Positions 23,954 through 36,400 of a stretch of 64,000 nt of DNA are shown here, piece by piece (the first letter of the stretch is position 1; the number at the start of each line of letters is the position of its first letter). The position numbers were made by a program, and so were the translations under genes. The notes beneath the pieces were generated by a model. The model did no database searches. It saw nothing but the letters and a program-made list of their open reading frames with translations, and was not told where the DNA came from. The stretch is taken from contig CAJINV010000022.1 in the NCBI GenBank assembly GCA_905178155.1, positions 372,001-436,000 of the forward strand. Reading direction: 5' to 3'. This stretch comes from Amoebophrya sp. A120 (Eukaryota > Protista > Dinoflagellata).

Positions 23954-26877
23954 ATGCCACCCATGGTCGACGAAACAATCTTCGAGAAAGTGATCGTGAT
24001 TGACCTGGGTTATGCATTGCAAAAGTATCGTACCTCGTATAAATGCATTACAAATCTTTATCTTCTCAGCATGAGAAATAGAATTTGTAATGCAGGTTTA
24101 TCGTAAGAAAAGGATTTGTAAATGCATGATTGCAATTACTACGAGTGCGATACTTTTGCACAGGATATGGGTTCGCGGGTAACCAAGGTCGGCCTCGCGG
24201 GCGACGACCAACCTTTGTATGTACTTCCGACGGCCGTGGCGCTGAAGCTCGATATTGTTAACTCAGGACAGGAAACCACTGATGCTGATCATGTCGTAGA
24301 GCCTGGCCGCGAGGGAGAAAGAAAGGAGGAACCCGACAAAGACACGGCGACTCAAGGTCAAGAAAATGGGAGCGACGAGAGCCCCGAGAGCACGACCACA
24401 TCAGCTCCGACCTACGAGGCTTTAGCTTTACACCTCTGTAATTCATCCACCGGCCGCGGTGGGTCGTTTTTGGACGTCAATCCATTTGAGTATGATGTGA
24501 GCAGTATGAACTGCAAAAGTATCGTACCTACTAGTAGTAATTGCAATACAAATTAGCTCAGCATGACCAATGGAATTTGTCATGCTGTTTGACCTTAGTA
24601 TCGAGATTTGTAATGCATGACTGCGATTACTGCGAGTACGATATTTTTGCAGTGCATAAACAGTCTGGTCTTTCCGATCGACCCGAAAACCGGCTTAGTT
24701 TCGGATACCATAAGGAAAAGTGTATAACGTTGACGGTTTTCACAGATTGCAGTCATGCATCACAAATGGAGCCCAATACGCATGCTATGCATTACAAATT
24801 TTGGCATGTTTTGCGATGCATTGCTGCATCACAAATTCCGTTAACGTTAACACTCTTTGCTGTGATATCGGATTGGGAGAAACTAGAGATAATTTTACGA
24901 AAAATTCTCTCCAACAGCTGCTGCCCCGAATTCCAGCCCCTGGAGGACTGTGCAGTGCTACTTTTGCAGCCGCCAGTAGAAGGACAAGCAGAGGACGAGA
25001 CTAGCTGCGCCGAGGAGAACGGATTACCGTCAACACGACCTCCCTTGGAGGATGAAAAGGAAAACGATGGGCGGCAAACAGATGCATCAGCACACGAGAA
25101 CACCGGCGTTCATCAACACAAGATAACCCGCCTCGTCAGCAGCAAACTTGCCTCTCTGCTCTTCGAAAAGTTCAGCGTCCCTGCTTGTCACGTTGTTCCA
25201 ACCGCGCCGGCTCTCTCGGCGCTGCCAGCCGGTCGAGGATCCACTGCGCTTGTGGTGAGCAGCGGCTTATGGAAGCGTCAGGACCGAAATCGACAAAGTT
25301 GAAACAATTTGTGATGCATAAAAGGGATAACAGTTGGCGCACAGTTTTCAAGTGGCGCATGACAAACTTGGGAAGAACCTAAATCCAGTTTGTCATGCAG
25401 TTTGGGTAAGGAAGACACCGTTTGTCATGCTGCTTTAGCAGCTCTATTTGTATTTCTACACCTCAACAGGCTTACAACCTGCCTCCCTTGGCTACTCTGC
25501 AAGACAGGCACTTTTTGGGTTGCATTTTATGCATCACAAACTATTTCAACTTTCACGATTTCAATCCTGACGCTTCCATATGGCTTTTCGAAAACCTACG
25601 TGGTTCCAGTGATCGACGGGGCTCCGGTGTTGTCCGCGGTCTGTTCTTCTGAAATGGGCGGGAAGGATCTGTCATTGTACCTGGCGAGATTGTTGGAGAA
25701 GAACAGACTTGGGATGCTGGCGGACAAGATAGAAAATGTTGACGGCTCCACCGGACCCGGAGGAGCCGGCTCTATGTCTGCTTTCAACGTAAATGTTCAT
25801 GTTGTTGATGCTGTGGGCGCCGGCGACTCGCCGATGATAAATCCGTGGCACATCGACGTTATCGACGATATTAAGGAAAATTACTGCTTCGTTAGCCCCC
25901 ACTACGACACATCGGTTTGGCTTACAGGCAGTACGGAAGAGGATCTTTACGAAATGCGGAGAGGAGCGAGTGCTGGTTTGTACAAGAACCAAAATGGAGA
26001 TGAAATCCTCAGCGGGGAAGTAGGTAGGGCCGATACTGACAACCACAATGCTGAGATGAGTGAGCGTCAAGTTCAAAACAGCAGCCAAATGCCAATGTCT
26101 AGCGACGGCTCATTTCTCAGCATCTTGGAGAGAACCCGCTTCCAAGTGCCGGAAGTTTTGTTTAAGCCAGAACTGATAGGAGGAGATAGAAAAGACTCGC
26201 TACCGGAACTGATTCTGCGGTCGTTGGACAGTGTAGATGTTCAAAAAGTAGCCACCAAAGAGGGGCTCGAAGAAGAAGAAGGACAAGGAGAAAATCAAGA
26301 CCAAGACGTCCGCCCCCTGCAGCTGCTGGAACTAATCGAAATGAAACAAAAACTCCTTCGCAACATTGTCCTGTCTGGGGGGAATTTGAAATTTCCGAAT
26401 CTTGAAAGTCGATTGAAGGACGAAGTAGTGTCTTTGTTGTACAAATCAGGCAGGGTGTATACCCTCTTTCCAGACGATGACGAGCAGCAGGAGGTCTACA
26501 ACTCGATGAAAAGCCCGACCGATCCGGTAGACGTGGATGAAAGTAGTAGAAGTTTTGCTTTTTCAGCACGACACGACGTGCAAATCGTGGAACATCATCA
26601 AAGCCGGGCGGTGAGAAACAATCTCGATTGGGCTGGCGGATCGATTCTGGCAAGTTTGGACGAGGCAATTATCAAAGAAGAAGAAGGTTTTCACAAATTA
26701 CAGCCCCCGTGCTGGGTTACGAAAGAAGAATGGGAAGAAGTGGCTTCCGAGGGGGCGTTTGCGGATTATGAGTACTTCGAAGCGTTGCGGAGGAAACAGC
26801 AAGTAGAGGAAGTTTCGATAATTCCTTCGGAGGTGGACGTCGAGGAGGATGCTGTAGAGGAGCCTGAGTCAGAATAG
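23954..26877 (+). CDS. Divergent actin-related protein, ~705 aa; exons 23954-24010, 24173-24504, 24664-24705, 24873-25267, 25586-26877
   Basis: Spliced frame has actin motifs in order: VIVIDLGSRVTKVGLAGDDQPLYVLPT, LVFPIDPKTGLVSDWEKLE, LLFEKFSVPA, ALVVSSGFSKTYVVPVIDG, MGGKDLSLYLARLL, DIKENYCFV, RFQVPEVLFKP, NIVLSGG, WAGGSILASL. Confidence 0.9.
24011..24167. mobile_element. Introner family A
   Basis: TSD TGGGT; splits actin motif DLG/S. Confidence 0.9.
24505..24658. mobile_element. Introner family A
   Basis: Family A TIR; TSD AGCAG/AACAG. Confidence 0.85.
24706..24867. mobile_element. Introner family H (TAC start)
   Basis: Family H TIR; TSD TCGGA. Confidence 0.9.
25268..25580. mobile_element. 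Introner family G
   Basis: TATGGAAGCGTCAGGA...TCCTGACGCTTCCATA; TSD CGGCT/TGGCT. Confidence 0.9.
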
Positions 26878-27465
26878 GTAGGGCTCGAGCAAGTCCAGGT
26901 ATGCAAGAACAAATCTGCCACTCACCGTGACGACCACTTCTTGAGCCGTGGGCTGATGAGTATCAATGAGGACCACTGCAGCCAAAAAATTTCTGTCCCG
27001 CAACAAGCAACTGTTTTCTATTTTTTTTCGTGTGGTGAAAGGTGGCTTTGTGATCATGCATAGACACGACCGGCGAATGAAACTCTGTGTACTACGGAGG
27101 ACTATATCTTCTTCTTTTTCCAAAGATAACAAATTTTTCGGTGACACAACAGTCGACAGGCAACCTCCAGAGAAACACACAATGCGAAGCACAAGCAGGT
27201 GTGTTGACGCCTATTGTTCGCTCTTCTTTGTTGGTACCATTTATTTCTACGCGAATGTAGAGCCTTTGTTTTCTTTTTTGGTTTTTGATCTGGTCGCGGC
27301 CCAGCGACGAAGGAGAAGCTGTCGTGCTCTTTCTCTCCGTCCGGACGGGGTACTACACAGTAGAGCTGTAAGTGTTGATGTAGTGATGAACTTCGTGCTT
27401 GTTTGGCTTTCTATGTGATAGATCATCCCTTCCGAACTAGGAAGTAGCGGTGCCTTTCTAAAAGG

Positions 27466-30400
27466 ATGAGGAAAATAAATCGGGAGCCTCCTCGTCCCAA
27501 GTCCGTGTTCCAAAATGTTGTCGCGTTTCATCTCGTATCTACAGCTACTACATCCCTTGTTTTCCATGCCATCACGTCGAGCCTTGTCAACATCGTTGTC
27601 GACGACAGTGGACGAGCTCCTGGTGCGACTACCTCGGTCCTGGCATTGAATTTGAATACACGAAGCGCCAGCTCATCCTCATCTACCTCGAGAGCAGCAG
27701 CTCCGTCTGTAGAAGGATCATCTTCATCTGCGCAGCAACGGCCAGCCCGAGCCCCACCGGCCGCTAGGAATAAACAAAACTTTCGGCCGAAGCTGGGTGC
27801 AGATCAGTTTGCAAGGGACGATAGGGAACATCAGGCAGTGGTTGGAGGAGTAACTTTAACTGCCCGGCCGAGCGCTTCGGATCTACCGCATGGAGACTCC
27901 TCTTCGTCTTCTGAATCTGAAGCGGAACAAGATCAGGATGACGAAGCGACCGTTCGCGCGCAGCAGAAAACGCAAGATCACGTTCGTGACAAGAATGACT
28001 CCAGCTCATCAAACTCGACCTCGTCCGACCCAGAAAGTAACAGCGCCAGCGAGGACGAAGAGGATGATACAAAATCTCTCGACTCTGTGGACTTGCGATT
28101 AAAATCCGCGAAGGAGATTGCGTTGACGCAGTCGAGTAGAAGTGTGAACTCGCCCGCGGATTCGACCAAGAGTTTGAAAAAAAGCATCAAGTGGGCAAAT
28201 TTGCCGCTGGACGATGAGAAGGAGCAGTCGGAACAAGAATGGAAAACGACGAAGCAAGTGTTCGAACACGAGAGGACTGGACCAGCTGTGGACAAGCACC
28301 CCTGGAAAAGCGCGGATTTGGCTTTCGCGACCTCGGGCGGAGGCACGATCGGGAGGAACAAAAATGTACTACAGCCTGGGTCTGGACCTGGTTCTGGTTC
28401 ACAGGGTGCTAGGCGTAGGGTCGAAGCTTCTGCAGACGCGTCACCTGTGGGTCTGGACGATGATGATGAAGTTTCTAGCAGAGAAGTGGGTGCCGCTGTC
28501 GCAGCTTCCTCGACTAAAGATGGCGAGTCTACTGACAAGCACGCAGGGACAAACAGGAACAATGCACCACGACCCGCAAGAACGTCCTGTCTGCGCATCG
28601 ACAGTCCACAAAGCGGTCTTCTTGGAACAAGTTCGTCCGCGGCCGATGCTACAGCTGCTCTGAGTAGTGGTTTTCTCTGTGCGAACGATGGCCACGTAAC
28701 TCTCGCGGGAGGTGCAAGGGCCAGTCCAGGTTCCAGTACTGCTGGTAGGATTGCGCAGTCAGCGCATGATGGTGATAAGAAGTCACCAGGAACTACCTCT
28801 TCTACTAAAGAAGCTCAGTCTCCGACTCGGCAAAAAGCTGTCTTGCAATTCTCGGAAGATGAGGCGGGTCCTGGCCGGGACCGAGAGGAAGTGTTGCGAC
28901 AGAATGTTCAGAGACCCACGGCAGCATCATCTTCTTCGTCACACCTACCCGCTGTGGTCACTTCCGGGGTTTGGTCCCCCGTAGTGGTGGGAGATCAGCT
29001 TCCTCTTGATAGTGCACCAGCAGGAGGAGGTCCTTCCTCTTCCCCCAAACGTCGCTACAGCTCGCCCCCGCCAGCACATACTGCATCGAGCCGGTTCAAT
29101 AAAGGAACTGCAACAAGCAGCTCAAGTTCTTCCTTTTCCCCTGCGGCCGCAGCAGCTCTCGCATCGTCTTCCTCCTCCGCCTCCTCGACCTCCCGGTCGC
29201 GCCGCTCAGGTGGGAGGAGGGGAACTGCCGGCTCATCGGCGGCTGCGCTTGGACTGTCCGCGGGCATCGTGGAGCGGATCGACGCGACCGCGGCCTTTGA
29301 AGACTTGAATCTGGAGAATAGCAACGAAAGGCCAGAAGGAGCGTCTGCATCTATTTCTCGTACTCCTGTGACAAGAACTACTGCAAGTAGACAACCTCTG
29401 CGACTCCTCGACCACAGCAAAAACGCGGGCGACCAGAACACAGACGCCACGAGGGACGCGTATTTTTCCCAAGATGGAGGTGCCACTGCCAGCCCAGTTG
29501 CATCACAACTTGCACAAGAACTGCTTCCAAAAAGCCCTCCCGATCTAGAGCACTATCCTTTCCAGGACGACACGCCGCCTTCCGGCGATCATAGCAGTGT
29601 AGCGGCGAGTCCGGCAGTTGATGCCGCTAGCGCTACTGGCTCTTCCTATTACAATTTCGATTCCGGGAATTACTACCCTGACCCAACCGTGGAAGTCGAA
29701 GTTAATCTGTCCAACGCGGCTTCTTCTACTTTTTCTGCTACTGCTTCTCTGCCTTCGCGAGAACCGACCAGCAGTATGAAAGTTCGATCTAGCAACGACG
29801 GAGAACTATTAGCTGAGTCGCTGGCGAAGCTGAGCATTGCGTCTTCCGCGGAAGTAGATCATGTGATGCGTCGGAAAAGCAGGACGACGACCACCACACG
29901 ACCGGATGATCAAGCTGCAACTGACACTCCTGGTCGTCCTACCGCAACGTCGATCCTGCCGAAGGTCGTGCGGTCAGGCAACAGAAACAAAAAGAAGAAA
30001 AAACAACCGGGAGAAAAAATTAACACCTTCGGTGTTGTAGCAGCAGCACCTTCTGGCTCGTCTCCAGTTGCAGTTGTAGCAGCCTCTTCCACCTCACCAT
30101 CAAGAAAGGCCGCTCCGACCTTCAATTCCGCGAACACGTTCGAAAGTGGCAGTGTCAAGGCGAAAGTTTCAAATTTGTCGAAGAAAAAAATTTCGCAGCT
30201 GGCACTGGAAGATAGTGGGCCGTCTTCAACATCGGATACTTCTTCTTCGGACACCAGTTCTGACTCCGCTTCTGAAGTCTATTCCGATGTTGAAAACATC
30301 ACTACGAGTCTTTCTCACTTCGTTTCGAAAGGTAGGAAGAAAGATAGGCGACCAACCGACACCTCCAGCACACCGACGACAGTGACCTTTGCAAGTATCA

Positions 30401-33400
30401 ACGACAGGGTGTTGGAGGATATTGACCTGGGTGTAGCTTCGCCGTCGGTGGATGGGAGAGACGGTCACGGAGAAGAGGAGCACGAGCATGAATATTACGA
30501 TGACATCGATGTGGAAATAACTCGAGCACTGTTGGCAGGGACAAGTTTGGATGAGTCCGCTGGTAACTACGACCCGGGCAACGAGCGTGGATCGTCTTAC
30601 GCCGCACAGGTGCCTGCTCTATCTGCTCCTGGCACCAAAATTGACACTCCGCAAAACGTCCAGGCACTTCTCGAAGCTAGCTTCCAGAGTGCAGTATCTG
30701 CCTCCTCGGTCGGCGCCGGCGCGGCGCCACAGCACCCGTCTAAGAGGAGTGGGAGGAAGAACCGCAAAAACAAAGGGAATGGAGGCGCTGGCACTACTTC
30801 ATCCGCTACTGCACCAGGGGCAGCATTTTCCGGTGCTCCAGCTTCGTCAAGCGCCGTCGCCTCATCTCCTGCGAAGTCTGCTTTCCCGTCGGGAACTACA
30901 ATGGTAAAGGGTCCTGGTCCACCTGAGCATCCAGCTCAGCCTTCTAGTGCTAGCTCCGGCGGGGGTGCTACAGCGTCTTCAGCAGCAGCCCAACCAGGAG
31001 TGCCGACAACGCTCCTCGGCAACAGAAGTAATAGGCAAGGACTGCCCGCGGCTGGCGCAGCAGGTGGTACTAATGCAGCTGCAACTTTCGTCGTAGACAA
31101 ACCTACTTCTGGCAGCTGCACCACCAGCAGCTTCCAACTACAAACGCTTTTAAAGCGCAACCAGAATTCCGATGACGATCTCGCTTTTCTTCGTCGCGCG
31201 GCCGAGGAAAACGATCCCAGAAAGTTGCTAAAAAAGCAGCTGTGGGAAAGAAGTAAGCGATTTCTGTGTCAAGTGCAGGACTTCACAGAAGGGGCAAAGG
31301 AAGGCTGTCGCAGCACGCCGCAGTTTGCACGAAATTTTTTTCAAAGGCGGTTAGAGGCGTGGAAAAAAACGCCGGCAAGTAGTTGTGATAAATCGGGGTC
31401 GTCTACTTCGAATTATCAGCGGGGGAACAGGAACAGGTCTAGGAACAAATCTGGCTGCGGATCTGCACTCTGCTGCGCGTGCCGCAACAAAATCGACGGG
31501 GCGGGAAGTAGAGTACTAGAACTGCTGGGTTCATCTTCTAGACGTCCCAGTAGAGCAGCAGGCTCTGCTCCCTCCTGCTGCAGTAGAAGGCTCCTCCGCG
31601 CGAAGAATCTCTCGGTGGAAAAGCTCACTTTCGCGTTAAACCGCTTTGCGAAAAAAGCGAAAATTTCCTGCCAGAAAAACAAAAAGTACATTCCGATTGG
31701 TGTGATGACACTGCTGTACATGCAAGGTATCAACTACCTGGCCTCCGAATGTCTGCGGAACGACTGCCCGCGTTTGAAAAAATACGAGTGTCTTTCGATG
31801 GACTTGCACCAGATGGGGTTTAGTGACCCTTTTGGCCTCCTCATCAACCAGCAGGACATCTGTGGCCACTGGGTCCCGAACCACCTCGGGGCGATGCAGG
31901 TGGGGAGGGGGTTCGCGTTGGAAAATGGCGGCGACGCTGGCAGTCGTGTGGAAGAACGAGTGGAGAATCAAAATCAACCGACTGCAGCCGGTGGTGATTT
32001 CTATCTGGTGATGTGGGAAAAGGGCGAGGAGTGCAGTGCAACTGCAACTGAAGCTGGTGGTGCAGATCTTCGTGACGAGAAAGGGAATGCTAATGCAAAA
32101 GATTCTACCCGGAGCAGATTGGTCCTAGTTCACGAAGATGAAGATCAACATTCGCCGGAACTGCAGCAAGCTGGTGATCAGTCGCGATCGTCCTCTACTA
32201 GCGCATCAGCATCAGAAATTCAAATTTCAACATCATCACAAAGCCGCATCGAGCAGGACAAAGCGAAAGAAGGTTTCTCCGACGAGGAAGCAAAATTTCG
32301 GGAGCAAACGCGCCTGCAGATGCTGGGTAAGGAGGGACTGGAGTTACTTACAGAAGCCAAAGAGCTGATGTTCGGGGAAAAATCTCTGTCCGCAATCATG
32401 GTGCAACAGGAGCTCCGGAGTCGGGGGCTGTCGCTGCGACAGGTTGGTGTGTCGGCAGGAGGTCATGATTCGCAGATGACAGAAGCATCTACTTCAAGAG
32501 CAGCGCCGACGAGTATCGAAGGAGAACAGGAGCCTAGTTCTTTATTAAAACTCGAGGGTACAACGAACACGAAACTTCGCATCTTCCGACTCTCGGATGA
32601 CAGTTGCGAGGAGGTGTTTTTTCCGTTTTCAGACGATGGCAAGGCGTTGACGCATGACAAAAACACACCAAAATTCGACTTCCGCATCGCAGACCTCGTG
32701 ACGACTTTCGTCCAAAAACAACTCTGCCACCCCTCCGAGGTCGGGTTGTTTCTCACCTACGCTGCGCCGGAGGAGGAGTTGGCCACGCGTGCTTTAGGAG
32801 TGTACGGGAAGACGCAATCGGAGCTGGATCATAGGGATAGAGGGGCAGGACAACACAGCGGCGGTGGCTCATCCTCTTCGTCTACTTCATCTATCCACAG
32901 TGAATAATTTGCCGTACACGTTGTACAAATGCGGTCTCTTCATGGCAAAACGCAGCTTCGGTCCTAGTTTAGCATGACAAGTGCGGCACCTCAAGTTGGC
33001 GAAATTTGTGATGCATCCTGTACATGTACGGGAAATTTGTATTGCATATCATCCAGCACTACAAAATACCGGCACGAGAAGAGACAGGACGACCAGGAGA
33101 GTACTAGTACCACCAGCGGCGAAAAAGAAAATTCTCTGGTCCCGATCCCCTACTTCAGCTTTCCGGTGCGGAATGAGAGGAACGGCACTATGCATTGCAA
33201 AAATATCATACTAGTAAAAATCGCATGGCAAATTCCCTCAGCATGAAAAATTGAATTTGTAATGCGGATTTGGGTTCAGTTTCAGAGGGAGCTTTGTAAT
33301 GCATGAAGATTGCGATTACTACGAGTGCGATACTTTTGCACAGGATAGGCACGCTATCCGTCCAAATCCCCTGGGACGAGCAGCCGTGGAACACGGACAT

Positions 33401-36400
33401 CAGGCCGTACTTATCAAATGTAAAAGTGTCTGGGTCTGGAAGGTTGGAACTTGTGATGCTAACTTTGAACTCTATAAAAAATCTGTATTGCATGAACAGC
33501 AAAAGAGGTGTAATCCGTGCTACGCGGAGAGGGCATTTTTCATGCGGTATGAGCATCAGAAAGCCCTCGCAAAATCTCTGATGCTAGGGCATGCATGATC
33601 ACAGACCTCATGGGTCATACAAAATCTGCATGACAAACTCCCGCAATCTTCCAGACCCAGACATTTTTGCATTTGATAGTACTTGACGAGAGACCATGTA
33701 ACCGGGAGATGGGGTAGCTCTCGTGTTGGCGCCCCCGGGGGCCCCGAGATACAACAGCCGACGAACGATGCACTTCTCAGTGAGAAGTTGTCACGAGCCC
33801 CCGCTGTAAATGTTGACACCACGCCGGAAAATGCCGGCCATCTTCACGCTGCTGGCGCCTACAAATTTGAAGAAAAAACCGAGCAGTTGAAGAAGGAACT
33901 GGCGAAAACGAAAAGGGAGTTGGACTTCGCGACCTTCAAAAGCCGAGTTTTGGAATTGGTGAATTCGCGGTACAAGCACGTTTCGAGACTGGCGAATGAC
34001 GTAATCCCCTTGGCGAGTTCGGGGCAGGTAGATAGCGGGAGTGGAGCGCAGAGTACTAGCGGTGGTGGTCCGTTTGGCGGGAAGTACGAGCTTCAGTGTT
34101 ACGATTCGGATACTATCGAAGAACAATCTCGAGAGTCTTCAGGTGGGCAAAATGAAATTCGGGAAATCATGCAAAGTTTGAACCAAGACTTGGCGGAGGA
34201 GGACAACATGCGGCGACAGAAAAAGAACAAAGCGCAACAAAGAACGCATCAACTTCCCCCGGCGATTTTCACCGCGGGAGAATATGCGTTAACGACGAAA
34301 TCCAACGGGGAAGTCCGGATGCTGCAGCGTGTGCCCGGAGATGGTGAATCCGGAACTACCGAAAATACCTTATGGATTGCAAAAGTGTCTGGGTCTGGAA
34401 GATTGCAACTTGTCATGCTAAATCCGAATCATGCAAAAATCTGTGTTGCATGATTACCAAAAGAGGTCCACTTTTGAACAAGTTTAGAGGCAGTTTCTCA
34501 TGCAGAATAGGCATGAAAGAGACCTCACAGACTCTGTCATGCTAGGTCCCGCATTCCAGGCCTCAAGGGCCATGGAAAACCTGCATGACAAGTTCACACT
34601 CTTCCAGACCCAGACATTTTTACATTTGATATACCTTCAGCCCGATCAATAAGCTGCAGTACGACCCGGCGACCGCTTTGATTCTCCATGTGAACCGGAT
34701 TTTGCAACAAACCTGGATGACAAAATCCCGGGGGTCTTTTTCCATTCTCATCGCGGAAGATTTGAAGGATGACGTCGACGTTTTTGACGACATTAACGAT
34801 AGCGAAGTTGTGGAGTTGAATAAGGAATTGCGAGGACATCACGGAGCAACACCAGCTGGTGCAGACAATTCCCACACCATGAACGCGATCAAAATTCTTT
34901 CCACCATGCCCAAAGACCAGGACATCGTCATCGTTTCCGATATTTCCCAGCGACGCGTTGTCATCTTCCGTGCGAGGCATCTCGTGGAGCAAACGTTGAA
35001 GCACCAGACAGGGCTCGCGATCACGAACCAGCAGGACAAACTAGCGGCACCAGAAGAATTTCCGGAGGAATTGAAACAGGAGATCGAGAAGTTGTACAAA
35101 ATGCAGTCCATGATGCCCTCGAATGTAGTCGAAGAAAACGAGGCGACTATTCGGCAGCTACTAGAGAGGATCAACGCGAAGGCGTTTTTGGGGGAAAAGG
35201 TGAAGATCCACGTGCTGACGAAGGTAGGCGAAAATCCCCGCACATATCAACTGCAAAAATGTCTGGGTCTGGAAACTTGTAATGCTGGGTGGCGTATCAT
35301 GAGGAGGCCACAAGTGCTGGCTCAGCATGACAAGTTTCTGAGCTTCTAGATGTTGCCCGTTCTGCATGACAAACTGCGTCTCTGCATGACAGAGAAATAG
35401 GGCTCTTGGGTAATGTGCATGACAGATTGCAGAGCCATGCGAGACAAGCATGACAACCTTGCAACCTTCCAGACCCAGACATATTTGCAATGCATAGCAC
35501 AGAAGTAGACGAAATACAGCAGCCGTGGCGGCTGAAGCGCTGGCGCGCCGAGGAGGAGAGGTATTTGAAAAGCGGCGATAAAGACAAATTTCTCCAAAAT
35601 CGACCGATTTTCACAGGGAGGGTGAGGGTGAGAAATATCAATAAAAACAGCGGGATCAGTGGCGCGACTACAGATGAAAGCGGTAGAAGTCCAGGAAGTG
35701 GAGCATTGAAAACTGAGGCACAGGAAGAGAGGTCTGTTGAACGGCGAAACGATGGAGATGACAGTGCAAAACTCCAAGAGCAGATGGAGATGCAGAATAT
35801 GGTAGATGACGCGGCAGCACGCGCAGAGAACCTTCGAGACAACCATCCTGTTGACGCTGATGAAACTGTGAAGCAGAAGTTAGAAGCTCGCGCGGCAAAA
35901 ATGGAATTTGGGTCAGCAGCTCATGCAGGACAAGATAAGACTCATATTCCTCTTCGCGGAGAAGATTCATTCGCCGAAGATGACGACGACATTGACGCAG
36001 CTGACGACGATGTTGATGAAGTTGACGGTCGCTTAGCTGCCTTAGCAAAAGGATTGAACCGGCTCTACCCAGACAAAGACCGTTATAACTACACGGAAAG
36101 ACAAAGAACTTCTTCTGCCAAAGAGCACGCGGCATTTGCTAGAATAAGCCACTGGATGTCAGCGTCGCCTAAGGAGACCACGCTGGACAAAACTCTTTTC
36201 TGGAAGAAGAGCGGTGGGAATCCTCGGGAAAATAAAAGACCACCGGGCGGGGGTGACGTGAGTGAGCCATTTGGAGTAGGACAAGAAGTTCCAACAGACG
36301 TAAACACTCAGGGGCCCACTGACCGCGATGTAGCCGCAGCTAGAGCCGACGGTGCGAGTCGACGTTCTGGCACAGAAAAAGCGTCGCTCCACGACCGAGA

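Noticed and set aside
24541-25585. ORF-track segments such as CKSIVLV, YECDTFA, CLGLE, LNCYILNCY recurring in many ORFs as if a protein repeat family
   Set aside because: They are translations of introner TIRs, not coding sequence.
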